Positions 24,278-38,476 of a stretch of DNA of 64,000 nt are shown here, in pieces; within the stretch, counting starts at the first letter, position 1, and each line of letters opens with the position of its first letter. Position numbers and translations under genes: made by a program. The notes beneath the pieces were generated by a model. It searched no databases. It was given only the letters and a program-made list of their open reading frames with translations, and was not told where the DNA came from. This DNA comes from Lepidodermella squamata (lineage: Eukaryota; Animalia; Gastrotricha), in assembly GCA_047495785.1 (NCBI GenBank), contig JBLDXI010000025.1:682001-746000 (forward strand), in the 5' to 3' direction.

Positions 24278-24947
24278 GACAGTTGCCATGCCAACGCGCA
24301 GAAAGAGACGGACACGGATTACGTGTCATTACAAATTTCGCTCGCTCAAGGCTGTGAAACAATAACGTAATGCATCACTGGCGGCTCCCGGGAACGTGCG
24401 ATGCATAGTAATCGCCTATATTGTCGGCTTCAACGCTAACAAATTCTCGCAAAAATGTGGGTTTGCTCAACTTGCCAGCTAACAGCTATTTTTATTTCGC
24501 TGTGCGATGCGCTGTTTCGCGGTGTTGCCATCGGTTTCTGATTTTTCTTTTGTGAATCCTAACAAAATAGATTTTTTCATATGTATCACGTTTCTTTCTA
24601 CTTACAGTGCAGAATCGTTATAACGAGCTCCTATAATGCCAGCGAAAAATGTTCGCTATAAGCAAGGTCACTTAATTTCACTTAATTTCGGCTCGTAGCT
24701 TCTTATTCCCCGACATATTGCACCCCACCAAGAGGGTAATGCCTTGAGTGCTGCCAGCGTCCATGCGTGAGAATTACGGATTAAGGTGTTACGCTCGCGC
24801 TGTGTAAAATTACTGTTTCATCGACATTGAAAATGTAATGGAGACTTTAACTCTCGTGCTCCGGCGGAAAAGCATCAAACAAGGCCTTAACAGCGCTCTT
24901 ATCAACGACGCTTTCTTCACCGGAAGACTTGATGTTGACCAAATTTG

Positions 24948-27863
24948 TCAAATTTGACCCGAGTTTGCAGGGCTTGATTCAGCAACTGAATCGAATTTTT
25001 CAGCTTTAACAGTAACAGGTAGCAGCAAAACGAAGCTCATTAGCATGGAATAGACTAGCTCAATGAAGGCTAAAACAGCGTTGAAAACGCACGGTTTGTT
25101 TGAATGCGTTACTAAGACAAGCACGACTACGCCGGCGGCTAGCATCGTCAGCGCATTCACAGCCGCCGCTCGAATTAGCTTGCAACTCAAGGCGAACTCA
25201 TTAGGCATGGTGCGTCGCCTGAGATCGAGTGAGAACATATTCGCTAGTAGAACCAGTCCGAAATTGAACGCAAGAATAGCGCCGAGCCAGTAGTTGAAAT
25301 TGTCAGAATTAGAGTACGTCACATCCAGCTCGAAGTAAGCGTCAGCAGCCTCGTCGAAAGCGATCGGATTCCTGAAGAGTACAAGCTGCATTGGCTCTTT
25401 GATGATCCATAGAAATAGCCCAACCATGTTGATAGCCATAAGAACGCTCAAAGATTGCGTCATTTGAAGCTCGTTTTTATACCTATCACTTTGAAGGGTT
25501 GACACGTGTCTTTGAGGGACAATTCCTTTCGAATCATAAGCTGAATCACTCGGTCGCACCCTTCGAGGAATTGTCCACTTAGCAAGATGGTTAATATAAC
25601 GAATAGCTCGATTGTGGACACGATAGGTCCTCACGCGGATGAATTTGCTGTAGACGAAAATTTGACTGAAAATGAGAGTGTGAAACATGCTCAAGCTTAT
25701 TGAGATCATAACTATTCTCAATCTGCATTCCATTGCTGGAGCGTAATCGTGACCGACAATTAGGAATATAGCAGATACGTTCAAGCCGATGCAGGCGACA
25801 AAAACAAAATACTTCTTCCACTTGCTGTAGAAAATCTCATGTTTAGCTCGAGTTGTTGCTAAGAGAAGAAGGGCCTGAATCAAAGTCAGAGACACCGCAA
25901 AGCAAGCGACTATTCCTGTCAATACCATGCCACATTGTCCAATCCTGACTTCGATGTCTGAAAGATCTCTGGGCGAAAGTCCTGTTTTTGTAGCCCAGAT
26001 CGGATCAGAGATTAGTATATATGCAAATGACCGTTTCTCATGGTTGTACGGCAGATGTGCTAGGCGTCGAGGTTGCAAATTGTAAGCTTGCATTATCGTT
26101 AGGTCTTGGTACATTTCACCACTCTCATCTCGCTTGATTCTGGGATTTCGAAACCCAACTACATCAATCTCTGCAGTGGTCCGATTCGCAACACGGTATA
26201 TCAGAGCCTTGTATTTCGGATCCTTGAAGTCAGCCAAAGAGAGGTTGAAGCTTTGCTTGAGGACAGCCTCGGTTTTGTTCAAGGCTAGTAAAGCCAGCAT
26301 GTTAGCATCATGGCTACCTTGTGGAATATTATCAGAAGTAATTTTGTTTCTGTACAATTTTTCCTCTGCTGCCATCGCCATTCTATCATAGTCAGCTAGG
26401 CTTATTCCCAGACTTGACGTCCCTGAATTTTCTGAAGAACGGAACGGAATGCCTACGACGAAAAGCGCTGATAGTTGGACGTCGACGATTTCCCTCGTAC
26501 AGCCCTTTGATATGCCGACATTCCGATCCAAGTTCCACGTCAGACAAGCTGGAATAGATGCGATGAAATGATACAGTGGAGGCCTTATCCCATTGTGGTA
26601 AGCTTTACAAAGGAGAATCTGGCATTCGTAGGCGCCATACGGGAAAATTAGGACGATCCTGACTCTTTGCAGAGGTAGGAGATCTGCGTCTGTCGTTTCA
26701 CCGAACCAGTAAGACCCAACGGATTCGCTCACTTCGATGTTGTTTGCTGTCAGGATCTTGTACGTCTCCACGGCTAACATAGGAACGTCACGAAGCCACC
26801 ATGAGTAGATCATGCCAACACGCTTCCATCCACCGAGGCTTCTTATAGCCTCCAAGAATGCGTATTTGTATGTGCTGACAGATCCCAGGATAGTGTAAAG
26901 GTTGTTGAAGAATACACGTCGCCTCGATTCGATATACGGCCCTGCGCAGCTCGGCGTGGTCTGTTCGGGTTTTTAAATGATATGATATGATTTTTAAATG
27001 ATATGATCGGGTTTCAAAATCGATAAGATGAAGAAATCAAACTCAAGATTTTAAACAATTCAATTAAATCATATAAGAATTACGCCAAATTTCAGCATTC
27101 AACAATTTTTGATAATTACAAATATATCATTTCGAAGTCAAATTTGGAAATATTTGCAAACATCCATCGAAACTTGCAAGCTGAAGCAAATAATTTCCAA
27201 GGGTGGTTATTTCGTTTTTCAATACAGGTTAATACAGGTGGCACTGTCGAATTATAATTTTCCAACTTAGTCTCATATGTATACAATTTTGCATAGTACT
27301 TTTGCATATTGTAAGGGATTTAGTTCGGATTTTCAAGCTTTATATAGAATTTACAGGTCAAACTGTAATAGTTTGTTATTGCCAGTGTTGATTTAAATCT
27401 GCGATCTGCCATTCTTCAATCTTCAATGGCATAATTTTGTTGATAGGCATTTTGATGGCCCTCATGAAGATCCTAAATTTTAATATATTTTAAGAGCTCA
27501 TGAGATCCACAACATAAAGAAGGCAAGGATAATTATAATCCTTACCATAACCATGTTCATGCCACGATACGTGCCTGCCGACGTGTCGCAATCACCGTCA
27601 GGTCCCACCAAAACGGGTGGCAAGAAGGTTCCCTCCGGCAGTTCCATCTCGAATAGCTCCCTAGCACGCACGTTACTTGAGTTTTCGAATATATATTTCA
27701 TTGGATACGGAACGACGTCATAGTCAGCTAAAATTGTCGATGTGTTTTGTAAATATTCAGCTATAACATAAGCGCTTGTCGTGTCCGCGACGGGCCACAG
27801 TAGCTTCGGCTTCGCAGCATAGTTAATTGAGATTATCACCGCTAGAAGTATAAAACCGTTCAT
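24948..27863 (-). CDS. GABA-B-like GPCR copy A3 (exons 27863-27546, 26960-24948)
   Basis: Paralog of A1; in-frame splice, open reading frame; ECL2 Cys replaced by Ser. Confidence 0.85.
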
Positions 27864-28666
27864 GTTCGTGAGACACAATTCTTAGTTTTCTGCTGGGATA
27901 TCTCACGATGCGCGTGAGCACAGATGAGGAATGACCTAGCTAGTTAATGCGTGAGTGAACGTGATTTCAAGTCAAATATTAGCAAGAGATTACGTGAATC
28001 GAGGGGTAGCTTGGCAAATTAATTAGATCACTAGCAGTTCGGAGTATCGCATCTTGCTTTCAACTACTGAGAATCGGGTGATAATTTCTCATATTGTCTG
28101 ATGTCTGATGCATCCTCAATGACTCCACCCTACAAATTACTCCCAGACTTTTTGATGACATCGTTTTCCGCGTCCAAATTCAGACAGGAATTCAATTATA
28201 TTTTGGAAACAATTAGCAGCGTCCATTTATTCGCTTATCTAAAGTCATAAATGCAGGTGGCTGGTCAGCGCTGTCCTCATTTCAGTTATCATTTACATCA
28301 CAGAATATCAATAATTTAAGCCAGGAATTTGGCTTTTTTGCAGCCACTAGAGACTATTGTCCTCATAATTTGTATATTTTCCCCGGAAATTTAAATTGCC
28401 ACCTATACCAGGTAGACGAGTTGGACCTGGTTTCGGACAAAGGTGGATTACAGTGCCCAATACCTGGGTTGATGATCGCTATATCTTTCTGTTTGCTGTT
28501 TTTGTAGCGGTATGCAGTTTGCAAGGCTTCGTCATCTTGATTGGGGGTCAGACTTTCTTCCTTCGGGCTCCAGAACGGCAAAACACGGAATTAAATGTTA
28601 AATGTCAAGGTCTTAGCTATTAGCTAACTCCCGCTTTTCGCTGAGCCCAAGTTTAATTTGCAAAAT

Positions 28667-31600
28667 CTACCATACCAGAAATACCGTTAGGAAAATAGGA
28701 GTTAAAGAGGCTGCAACAAAGTAACAGGCGATTGCAATAATTGGGCGGTGATTCGCTTCCTCATCAACCTCATTAGCGTCGAGCCCCTCTGGGACTTTGG
28801 GCTTTGCTGTTGTCGTAATGTTAACTTCATGATACTCTGTCGCGTTGTTAACTGATTTGGGCTCCCACTTAATCGGTGTCGAAATTGCTGAGTTGATCAA
28901 TGAGAATCTTGATATCGAATCACCTGGACCCATAGCTCCAATGGCCAACATTATACCTGAAACATACTTAAAACGAAAGCCTCTTAAATTCTGCTCATAA
29001 CTCACCAACTGAGAAATTGTAATTCGATTCTTGATGAATCAGCATTCCTTTGTCATCGATTACAGCTAAGCGCATTTCAGCTTGATAGGCGACCGTCATC
29101 AAGCAAGCCCATCCTAAAGAATTGGTCTCGATTTCAAAATTCTTAATCCCTCCTGAGAAGTGGAGTGACCCATTAGCGGAATAGTTTAGCCCGAAATAAG
29201 AATCCGAATAGCCTGAAATTTCATTTGACAGACTAAAAATCAGACCGGAACTATTCCCTGCTAATCTAAAGCAGCAAGCTATCGTGAAATTATCCGATAT
29301 ATCGCCGTCATCCAATTGATACACGACCATGTGTTCCATCTGATATCCTGGAGTTTTAGGCTGGGTGTTGGAATAAGAACTCCTGCGTAGTCCGTCAGCA
29401 CCCAATATTTCCAGATCCAGTCTTGCGAATCTGGAAATACGATACGGCAGCAAGTACCTGGATATCATCGCCAAGCCTGAGTACTCATCAAACGCAACGG
29501 ACCATCGTGAATCCCCCGATGAAGAGTTTGCAGATTTTGAAGAAAAATCGTTGTATTGCTCACACGGGGCTTTGTGTTCGCAATAGCAAGCCATTTTCGC
29601 AATTACTTCAGGCTCCAAGGTTGAGTTTTCGTAAACTAGGCAAGATATCAAATCCCCGGAATCTATCGGTCCGATAATAAGCTCCACTTGAATTGGATAA
29701 TAACTGATTGGAAAATCAATCTCCTCCATCACATCCCCTGACTTTCTATGAAAGAAAAGAGTGCCAGTCTCTGAATCATATGTTAATGCAATCAGAGTCC
29801 AAGTTCTAACTTGGAATGTCTCATTCAGTGAATGATTACCCAGCTTGATCGTCTCGCCTGCCCATGACGCCGTGAGAATAGAATGCTGGTCATCTTTCAG
29901 CTGAAACATTGTACTCTCGGATTCCAGGGAACTTTTAAGATAGTAAAATGTGACTGAAAATCCTTTTGTGAACGCAGGCAGCTTCCTGTATTCCACCAGC
30001 TTTGATCTTGCCTCGACTGTGTAACTCGTGCTCAGGCTTCCAAATGGTCCTCTTTTGTTCCAAGCCAGTTGGGCTGATTTCGAGATGATATATGGCTCAT
30101 AACCATTGTTTGAAACATCTGACAATTCAGAGTTTGCATCAAACGGAAAGTAAGCGCCAAAACCGTTCATTCTCGAGTACAAGTTATCAGAACATATTTT
30201 CGGCATTTTCCACGTTGAAAATCCCGGGCAAACACACTGCATCTTCTTCATTTCAAATGCTGTCAATGGCCTGCCGAACAAACCGAAGCATCTTATGCCG
30301 ACACTCTTTTGGTCTGGGCCGATGTTTAGAATTTCCGCGCTTTTAGAAAGCAATCGCATTCGGACGTTGTTAACTTCGCTTTGAAGTCCTCTTTTGGTGA
30401 AAATTTCCAGTTTTTCACCATCCTCGATGCCATGGTAATTGAATCCAATGAAATTCCAGCCTTTATCAAGTTGCTTCGCATCCAGGTAAAACATTGTACT
30501 GTTCATGACAGTGATCTGAAATATTGTCGATCCAAATGAGGTTGAGACAACGAAATTCTTTCCCCATTGAAAGAGCCGAATAGGCCGACCGAGCCAGGTA
30601 TCCCGGTGGAAGTGGAAAGTTATGGAGAATGAACCGGGAATTTCGAGAATCCGACTTTGATACTGTACCACCCAATGGTCTTCTTTGATTGGCTGGAAAA
30701 ATGGGACAACATGTCCAGTCGAATTGAAGTAGTCTGCGTTCACTTGGATTGGCGATAATCCAGTAGTCATTTCATCGTTTCCCGAGTGGAAATCTAGTGG
30801 GAACCATGCAATGAGCCCATCTGGGCCAATGAATTGCTTCTTTCTTAAAATTTGATCCCTTGGACATTTTCCTCGGGTTTTGCACGTGCAAGGGAATCGG
30901 GATAGTTCAGCCTGGGTGTAGGTGATCTCAGTGTCGTAAGTTCCAAATGCCAATAAACAAGCTATTCGATCCGTTGGCTGCAACGCACCGATGGCGAATG
31001 ATATTTGCATCCTAGGGTTGGGTTCCTCTGTTACGTAACGGCCGATCAATGTAGCAGATGTTCCTGAGTAGACCTCGCCGGTTCGATTCCCATCCCAGGT
31101 TACCCCGATGAAAATCCAATCATCGGTATTTCTGTCGATGAACTTGAACGAATGAGACCGACTGATGCCCCTTTCGTTAAGCGAAATTGCGATAACTTCA
31201 TCGGATGTTACGTTAAGAGCAACGTTGGGGCCATCTCGCTTGCCCATGCGAAATAAGGTAGAGGTGAGGTTATAACCTAACAATAAGAGGAAAAGTGAAA
31301 TGATAGGAAGGGTGGAATATGTTTGTTATCCCTTACCTTGAGATTCGCCTGTTCTCCTGAAATAGCAACTCATAGCCGACTTGCTGTAGCCTTCGACACT
31401 GAAAGAGGTGGCATATTGAATCAGGAATTCGCGAGGATTCGAAATAGCGTATGATGTGTTAACGAAGTGAAATGGTCCAGGTTCTGAGTCGACTAATTTC
31501 CGGTGAGCTGATTTGCGATTTTTGCCAAGAAATGCCCATTTTTCAAAGTCTTCCACGTCAGATTCCGCATCCATGGGGGCATACATTTGCAGGGTTGATT

Positions 31601-31739
31601 GGAAGGGCCCGGCAAATTTCGATTCTCGAAAAGGTAGCGAGAAAGCTGATAAACAAAAATGGTAAACGAAATTAACCAATTACTAATTATAACGAGTTCA
31701 CTCACCAAAACAGCTTAGCAAATATAACAACCGCAGCAT
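28667..31739 (-). CDS. Type I membrane protein with four LamG/concanavalin-A-like domains (exons 31739-31706, 31645-31337, 31276-29006, 28956-28667; 3' end uncertain)
   Basis: Signal peptide MLRLLYLLSCF; repeats beginning YAPMD / WFPLD / YFPFD / VAFD with FSxxFxF, WxFIGxxY and CxC-x-C ends; C-terminal hydrophobic PIIAIACYFVAASLTPIFL; 49-60 nt introns. Confidence 0.75.
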
Positions 31740-32626
31740 TTTTCCCGAGGTTCCTTTCTCCGAACAAATTCTCACAGCCTTCAAAAAATACCGAAATTAG
31801 GCTGGATCTTTTTTAAGTTGTATTCATTCCTCACTATGTATCTTCGTAGCTGAATACAATAATTTGCTCTGCGAGAACACTTTCTAACAAATGTGACCAG
31901 TCATTTAAGTCATTCTTCTCTCGCCATAATTCTCTCGCATCTTGTTGAGCAAATGTTGAGCTCGAGCCGAAAAATGTCGTCAACATTTTTCAAGCTCAAA
32001 ACAGGTTAAAATTTTGAAAGGTTTCTGTAATTCCTGAGCTGAATATAGAACTTTTATGTTATTTTAGGCAATGCGAACTGCGGAGATCTGCATCCGGTAC
32101 TTAGCATCACTATGTAATGCCAACACATCAAACGACTGAAATGACATGCCCTCTTTTCAAAGGACGACCGATTCGATTGCGTTTGTTTTGGCTCATCGAA
32201 AAGTATCTTTTCCTGGAACTTTTTAACGTTTTATATAACCATGATGCAAGCCATTTCACATTTTTAATTCAAAACCAAATTTACCGCTGGAATCAGGAAC
32301 ACCTTTCAATTCCTCGTGTGATCAATTTATCGTCTTTTCCGTTTATATAAATTCCACGATAGTATGTTCAAGAAGCGCGGTCATTAGACGTTGCGGCATA
32401 AAAATGATAATGCTAATTCACCTATAAAATGGATCAAAAAGATGCGTGGAACGGAGAGTTGACAGAATGCACTCTTAAGCTAATTATTACTTCCTTGACG
32501 TCATGTCATTTGTTCATATAGAAAGCATATCAAATAGCGTTGAGCCTGGACTGCTATAGCTAATAATTAGACTGCCGGTTCGAGATTATTCCCAATTCTT
32601 TTGCCCTGATTTGAAGGAGCCCGAAT

Positions 32627-34998
32627 ATGAGAACCTCCATCTGCTCGATCGTAGCCTTTCTCGTCCATTTGACGTTGGGCTATGAATACAACTCAACTAT
32701 GCCACTTCCTCCAGTCATGATGGCGCGAAACGCAAATCTGAGCAAACCGCGTTTGGTGATTCCGTTTTTTGTCGAATTTTACCAGGCAACGATGATGTAC
32801 GTGCCCCTGCAGACTCAGCTCATTCTCGACACCATCAAGCCAATAACTCCTTATCTGAATGACTTTGAACTCGAAGTCAACTTGTACGATGCCTTCTGCG
32901 ATGATCCACCGGCAATTGAAGTCGCGATGAAAGTATTAGAAACCGGAAAGCGGAATCTTCCTTTCATCTCAAGCTACGCTTGTGCTATGAAGGGCCAGCG
33001 GCTACTCGCGGAGGTCATTAATCACTACAATTACGTGGCTACCGGTTTGCTTGATGTTGTCAACGATGCGATTGTTGATAGACAACGCTATCGAAACTAC
33101 TTCACGCTGGGCGCTACAATTCAGGATATGCAAATGACCTTGATCAAATTTTTGAAAACTCAAAACTGGACTCGAGTCGCTATGTTCGGCGAGGAGCAAC
33201 TTGTCTACTATAAAGAGGTAATTCTTGAAAATTCAAATGATCTTTTCTATTGAATGATTGTTTTCAGATGAACCGCGTGCTATTGCCGAAATTGGCCAGT
33301 GAAAAAGTCGATCTTATATGGTTTGAGCAAGTTCCTTACCTCCGAAATTACAACGATGCCGATTGGCAGCGAGCTATGGAGAGTTTGATCGCAGTCGATC
33401 CAAGAGTCATTATTTACAACGGAGAATCCGGCTATGCTCCCCTGTGTTGGTTCGCGAGGTACAAACTCTATGGACCAAATTACGCGATAATTCTAATCCA
33501 TTGGGCCGATAGCAACACTGAGTTCATCAAAATCCCAGACTACGTTAAAGCTTGGTGTACAATCGATATGGTTCGTCTGGCCCTGAACAGCTCATTCATC
33601 TACGGCGAGACTGGAAAAGCGACTTTATATCCGGACAAACCTAGCGATTTAAATCTGACTGGGGAGGGTATGGAACGGGAGCTGTTGAGAATTCAGGATA
33701 TAGAAAACATCGCATGGTTGCACAACAAATATTCCTTCTACGACATCCTGCTTTTCGGCATCAAAATGCTGAATGAAGCTGAAAGAATCCTACGGCGAAA
33801 TGGCGATTCGCTGATCAATTGGTCCGTTGACTCAGCAAATTTCAAGAATAACGGCGGTTACATTGTGAGAGTTATGAAAGACGCCATCTACAACATCAGA
33901 GCTGTTGGTTTGAGAGGCGATTATCAATTTTTCAGAAACACCAGTTTGAACACTGGCGGCGGGACTCCTACACCAATCTACCAGTGTCGCTCTGACTCGT
34001 TAACCAACAGACAAGACAGGCCTGTAGTTTTCGATGGATTCCGACTTGGTCCGAATGAGATTATCTGGCAGGGAGGCCAGCGACCTTACGATAGAGTTCA
34101 GATTAACAAAAACCAAGTGAAAACTTATCGAATCGAAGCTCTAGTTATTCTGGCTGTATGCGACGCTCTTTTAGTTCTGTTGATTCTCGGACTAGTTATT
34201 AAGAAGAAATTCAGCTTCCAACTGGATAAATGGATTCTTGTGATGGGCGCCTTAGTCGCGAACATTCCTATATTCCTACTGGCCCTACTCGATGCGGAAC
34301 CAGTGGATTTGCATTGTTCAGTCCTTTTGGCTTTGGTCGGATGTGGCATTTCAATCTGCTTCATCGGAACTTGGCTGCTTCTTGAAATGCAAATTAAAAT
34401 GGAGAACAGATTTTCGATTCAAATGAGACGTAGCCAGATGAACCTCGATAACCATTCCTTGCAAGGTGTGCCCATTGTCACCTTGACAAAGTTTCATAAG
34501 ATCTGCGTCTGGTTGGCAATTTTCGCATCCATCGTATTAGCAGCGCTATTTGTCATTTCTAAGCCATTTGTAGTATCGGTGGATGAAGCAGACCCGCAAA
34601 TGACATTTGGAAAGCGGTTCATTGAACTTTCTACCCAGGTTAAATGCAACTTGGCTCTCGACGGGTTTTCAATAGCCGTCATTGCTCTGGCAGTCGGAAT
34701 GAATCTTTTCATCATTCTAAGATCATCTTTGGCATCACACCAAATCATTTCGATGAAGAAAAATAGCAAGGCGAAGTCGAAATCGCTTCTGTCGAAAACA
34801 GCACCAGCTGAAACGCCAAGGGATAGCGTTGCTATTTTCTTTTTCTTCGTAACGATACTCGTTGCCTCAATTTTGCTGGTTCTGTTGATTGGACAGTTTG
34901 CTGCGTATGTCATATCGGCAACTTCCTTGCTGTTCGGCTCAGCAATTTCTCTTCTACTGATTCGCCGGGACAACTCTGCGGGAACAAACGTAATTTGA
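32627..34998 (+). CDS. GABA-B-like GPCR copy B1 (exons 32627-33217, 33268-34998)
   Basis: Signal peptide, YDAFCD VFT motif, DRQRYRNYF, NWTRVAMF, IIWQGGQRPYDR linker, 7 TM; 50 nt GT-AG intron in phase 0. Confidence 0.85.
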
Positions 34999-35969
34999 AA
35001 CACTCACAAACTTTACCAAAGGACACAGAAAGCACACTCGAATAATACCTAATTTAACATGCAATGTTTCCTGGTAGTCCAACAATGTTGTATCGATTTA
35101 GCCTCTTCAATCGGTTTATCATGACCGATTCAATGGAGAATGTCTATACCTGATTATTGTGTGATTTTTGCTGAACTTTAAATCAGTATACTCATACTGA
35201 TGATTTGATTCATGTGAGATTTCGCACTATACAGCAGTCTCGTGGGAGGTAACCGTACACCCACAGAGGGGTAAACTTCCCGCTAATCATGTTGTGCCCA
35301 TGCAGATTAATAAAGAGAAAAGTGTCAGCGATTCTCTGAAGTACTTAGTGCTCACTTAACGGTGTCGGAGGAATCCAAAAGAAAAATACAGTCACACGTC
35401 GAAATTAATTATTTTAAAGTGGTCTTCATCCAAGTAATCAGCCCTTGATATGCGGGGAACTTTTGGCAGCCACAATGTCGAAGCGTTTTTGGAAACATAT
35501 ATGTTCCTGTCATTTTTCTGATTGGATCGCCGACATATTTATACAGTGTCGGAAACTATTGTAGCTGCGATTCTAGGTTCGCAAATCTTCACTGCGCGAT
35601 CTTTAGAAACAAATTATTTAGTAAGCAAATAAATGGGTCGTTAATAGAACCCAGTCTTCAAAACGATGCAATTACTATTTAATCGAAACCAAAAACTAAC
35701 AGAGTTCAGGTGTAGTTAGCTACATTTACGATTTACGCCAATTGGCAATCCGCGGCGATCGAGCCTAAAGCCTGAGTAGAAGCAAATGGTAGAAAAGGAA
35801 GCAAATACAAAGAAAATGGTTTGATATGAGCTGCTACGCCATCATGAATTTGTTTCCCAGTTGTCATAGTTTTTCAGCGATCTCAAATTCAAAAAGTCTA
35901 CCTTGATTACTAAGAAGTTTATCAACAATGCAACACATCGGACCTAGGAATATTCAAGTGATTCTCAAA

Positions 35970-36140
35970 CAGGGCTGGAAAAAGTGTCCTACCACGGTAT
36001 CCATGGTAGCGGAAAGGAAGAAAATGGGGAAAATTCGGGAAGTTTCCTAAAAAACCAACAAAAAGGTGTGCTTTTCGGCCAAAATTAGCGGAAATTTCCG
36101 AGTTTCCATACCGGAAGGTTTGACGCTTTTCCCAGCCCTG
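35970..36140. mobile_element. hAT-type MITE
   Basis: CAGGGCTGGAAAAAG...TTTTCCCAGCCCTG; TSD TTCTCAAA / ATCTCAAA (7/8). Confidence 0.75.
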
Positions 36141-37084
36141 ATCTCAAATTCGATTTCCGACGGGGCCATTCTGACGCAATTAATCAGAAAAAGGATGCGT
36201 TGTGTTCCGGGTTTCCTGGATTCCTAAGCCTCGGTAGATTCGGGAAAAAGTGGTCAGTGGTCTCTTCATGATTTCCATTTGGTTCTACCAAATTTAACGC
36301 AGAACAGTTTATTAGACCGGCTGAACTTGCACCACCTGAAACAAGAGTAACTTCCGAACCGTTAAATTTAAAATCTCTTTTGCCGGCATGTTGATCGTTA
36401 TAGAAGTAACTCCTATTCGTAATCAGGGTGCGAAGTACATATAGGGGTGACACCCCAGCTCCGGGTCTCCAACTAGAGGAAGGCTGAAGAAAACCACAGG
36501 GGTCGACGCTTTGGTTTCTTCGGCTGGGTTTGGTTCCAAGAAAACGAGTAGAAAACGCCTCAGCTCCCGGATCATACTTCGCACAATGTTCGTAATTCTA
36601 GTGCACACATTTGCCCAAATTTAAAAATTAAAAGATTGGGTGGTGTGTGAGAAATCCATTAGCAGTAATTACCACTTGCTGCTTTTCCCTAAGCCCTAAG
36701 CCCTAAGACTGCGACTGTCACTGTCACATTAAATTACCTTGAAATAAAGAATGACAATTTGCACGTTTATGATGAATAAATATATGTTTTACAGCATCCG
36801 CTATGTGCATTATTATCGAGTTCTAATTTCGAGTAGAAGGCGTACATCAGCAGCTGTCAAAGCTCTTTTTTATGGACACTTAATCTGTGGACACATTTGT
36901 TGCTCTCTATAATAGAAAGGGTTAAAAGCCCATAAATCAATACATTTCCTGCAGTTTCAGACGTGACAATACCGTAGACATATCGGCGCACGTTCGCGAT
37001 CAAAGCAGAGAACTAATCACGCAGACCGTAGTTGATATGAAAAAAGATCTACCTTTCAATATGATATTTCTCTATTGATGCATA

Positions 37085-38476
37085 ATGACTAAATGCGTTG
37101 TCTGCGACTGCTACGTTGCGCCGCGTGAAAAATATCAACCTCGAACCTGCGAGGCCTGCCAAAAGTTTTTCCGACGAAATTGCCAGCGATACAGCAAGCT
37201 GGAATGTCGCCATCACCTTCGAGGGGCAAAGCAATCATTTGCTACTATGTACGTCGCACGAAAAATGTGTGGAAAATGCCGCTTTGACCGCTGCTTGGCA
37301 GCTGGAATGCAGAGTTTGCTACGACTATTAATGTGTATAATTCCGAATTTTCTTCGGTTTTTAAACAGGCAAATTTCTATGCGAAGATGCGAGGATTGCT
37401 CGCAATTTACCGGCAAACACTTCAATCAAGTACGAGCCTGAACAGTCCCTGATTTTGAGCAAGACTCCCGAGATGGTTATCGATCATCCAACGTTGAAAA
37501 TTGCGATGCGAACAATTCGAGCATTCACCGTTCTTCATGGTCTTGAATTTGTAAGACGCGTGTTCCCGCACCATTTGATGCATATTTTTCGAAAATTAAT
37601 TTCGCCTCAGGCTCCGATGAAGGATACTTCGTTCACTGATTCTCTACAGTTGAAAGAAAGATTACTCCAGCAAGCAGCTTATACTGCAGATCTTTTGAAC
37701 AATTACGTCTTCTGCTTCCTTGGTGAGCCACTAATACACGATAGAAGTATGAAAGGTGGTTAACTTTGCTTTCATCCTAGATCTTGCGCAGGATCTTACG
37801 GAACAGGACTTTTGCGAGTTACGAGCTTCGTCTATAATGCACATGTCAGCAGTGTATCACAATCTGCCGAGTTCAGCGAACCCATCATGGCTGGGAATGC
37901 CGGATGCGGGATTGCGTCTGATGGGCCAGACATTTCCGCGACTGTTGAAGGTAGAGAACACTTTTGACTAGAATCTTCTTTGAACTCAGCGATATTTTGC
38001 GTAGAAAATGATGCCGAGAATTGGTTATTTGAAGCAAAAACTCGATGATCTCAGCCCAACGTTCCTGGAAGCTGCGTTCTTGTTGTGCATTGTAATTTTC
38101 TACGGTATGCGATCCTGTCTTAAACTGACACGAACTGTAATAAGGTTTTTTCCTAGATATATCTGGCAAAAATATCTGTGTCAGGCAATTCCAACGGCAG
38201 TTGCTGTCTGCTCTGTGCTCTGAAATGTTGTTTACTGCTGGCGGGGATAGAACAATTGTTAAGGCTAGGCTGCTGAAGTTTCGCGAATGTGTAAAAGCTG
38301 CTTTCAACGTTCAAACTATTGCGCTCAGTGAAATAGCTGCCGATGAAGACCCGTCACCTTCGTACCAGATTTTTTTAAAGACTATCAATATAGCTGAATC
38401 TCCAGTTGCAGCAGGCGATATGATAGAAAACGAGAAGCTGGAACCTTTTGTAGTTCCGATCCTCTCCGATCCCTAA
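37085..38476 (+). CDS. Divergent nuclear hormone receptor NHR-a (exons 37085-37313, 37369-37550, 37611-37722, 37781-37950, 38005-38104, 38157-38476)
   Basis: CVVC...CEACQKFFRR...CGKCRFDRCLAAGM C4 DBD; LBD-like LSPTFLEAAFLLCIVIFYD; five 52-60 nt GT-AG introns keep the frame. Confidence 0.85.

Noticed and set aside
36687-36707. (CCCTAAG)3 telomere-like repeat
   Set aside because: Only three units and not the exact TTAGGG period; ordinary microsatellite
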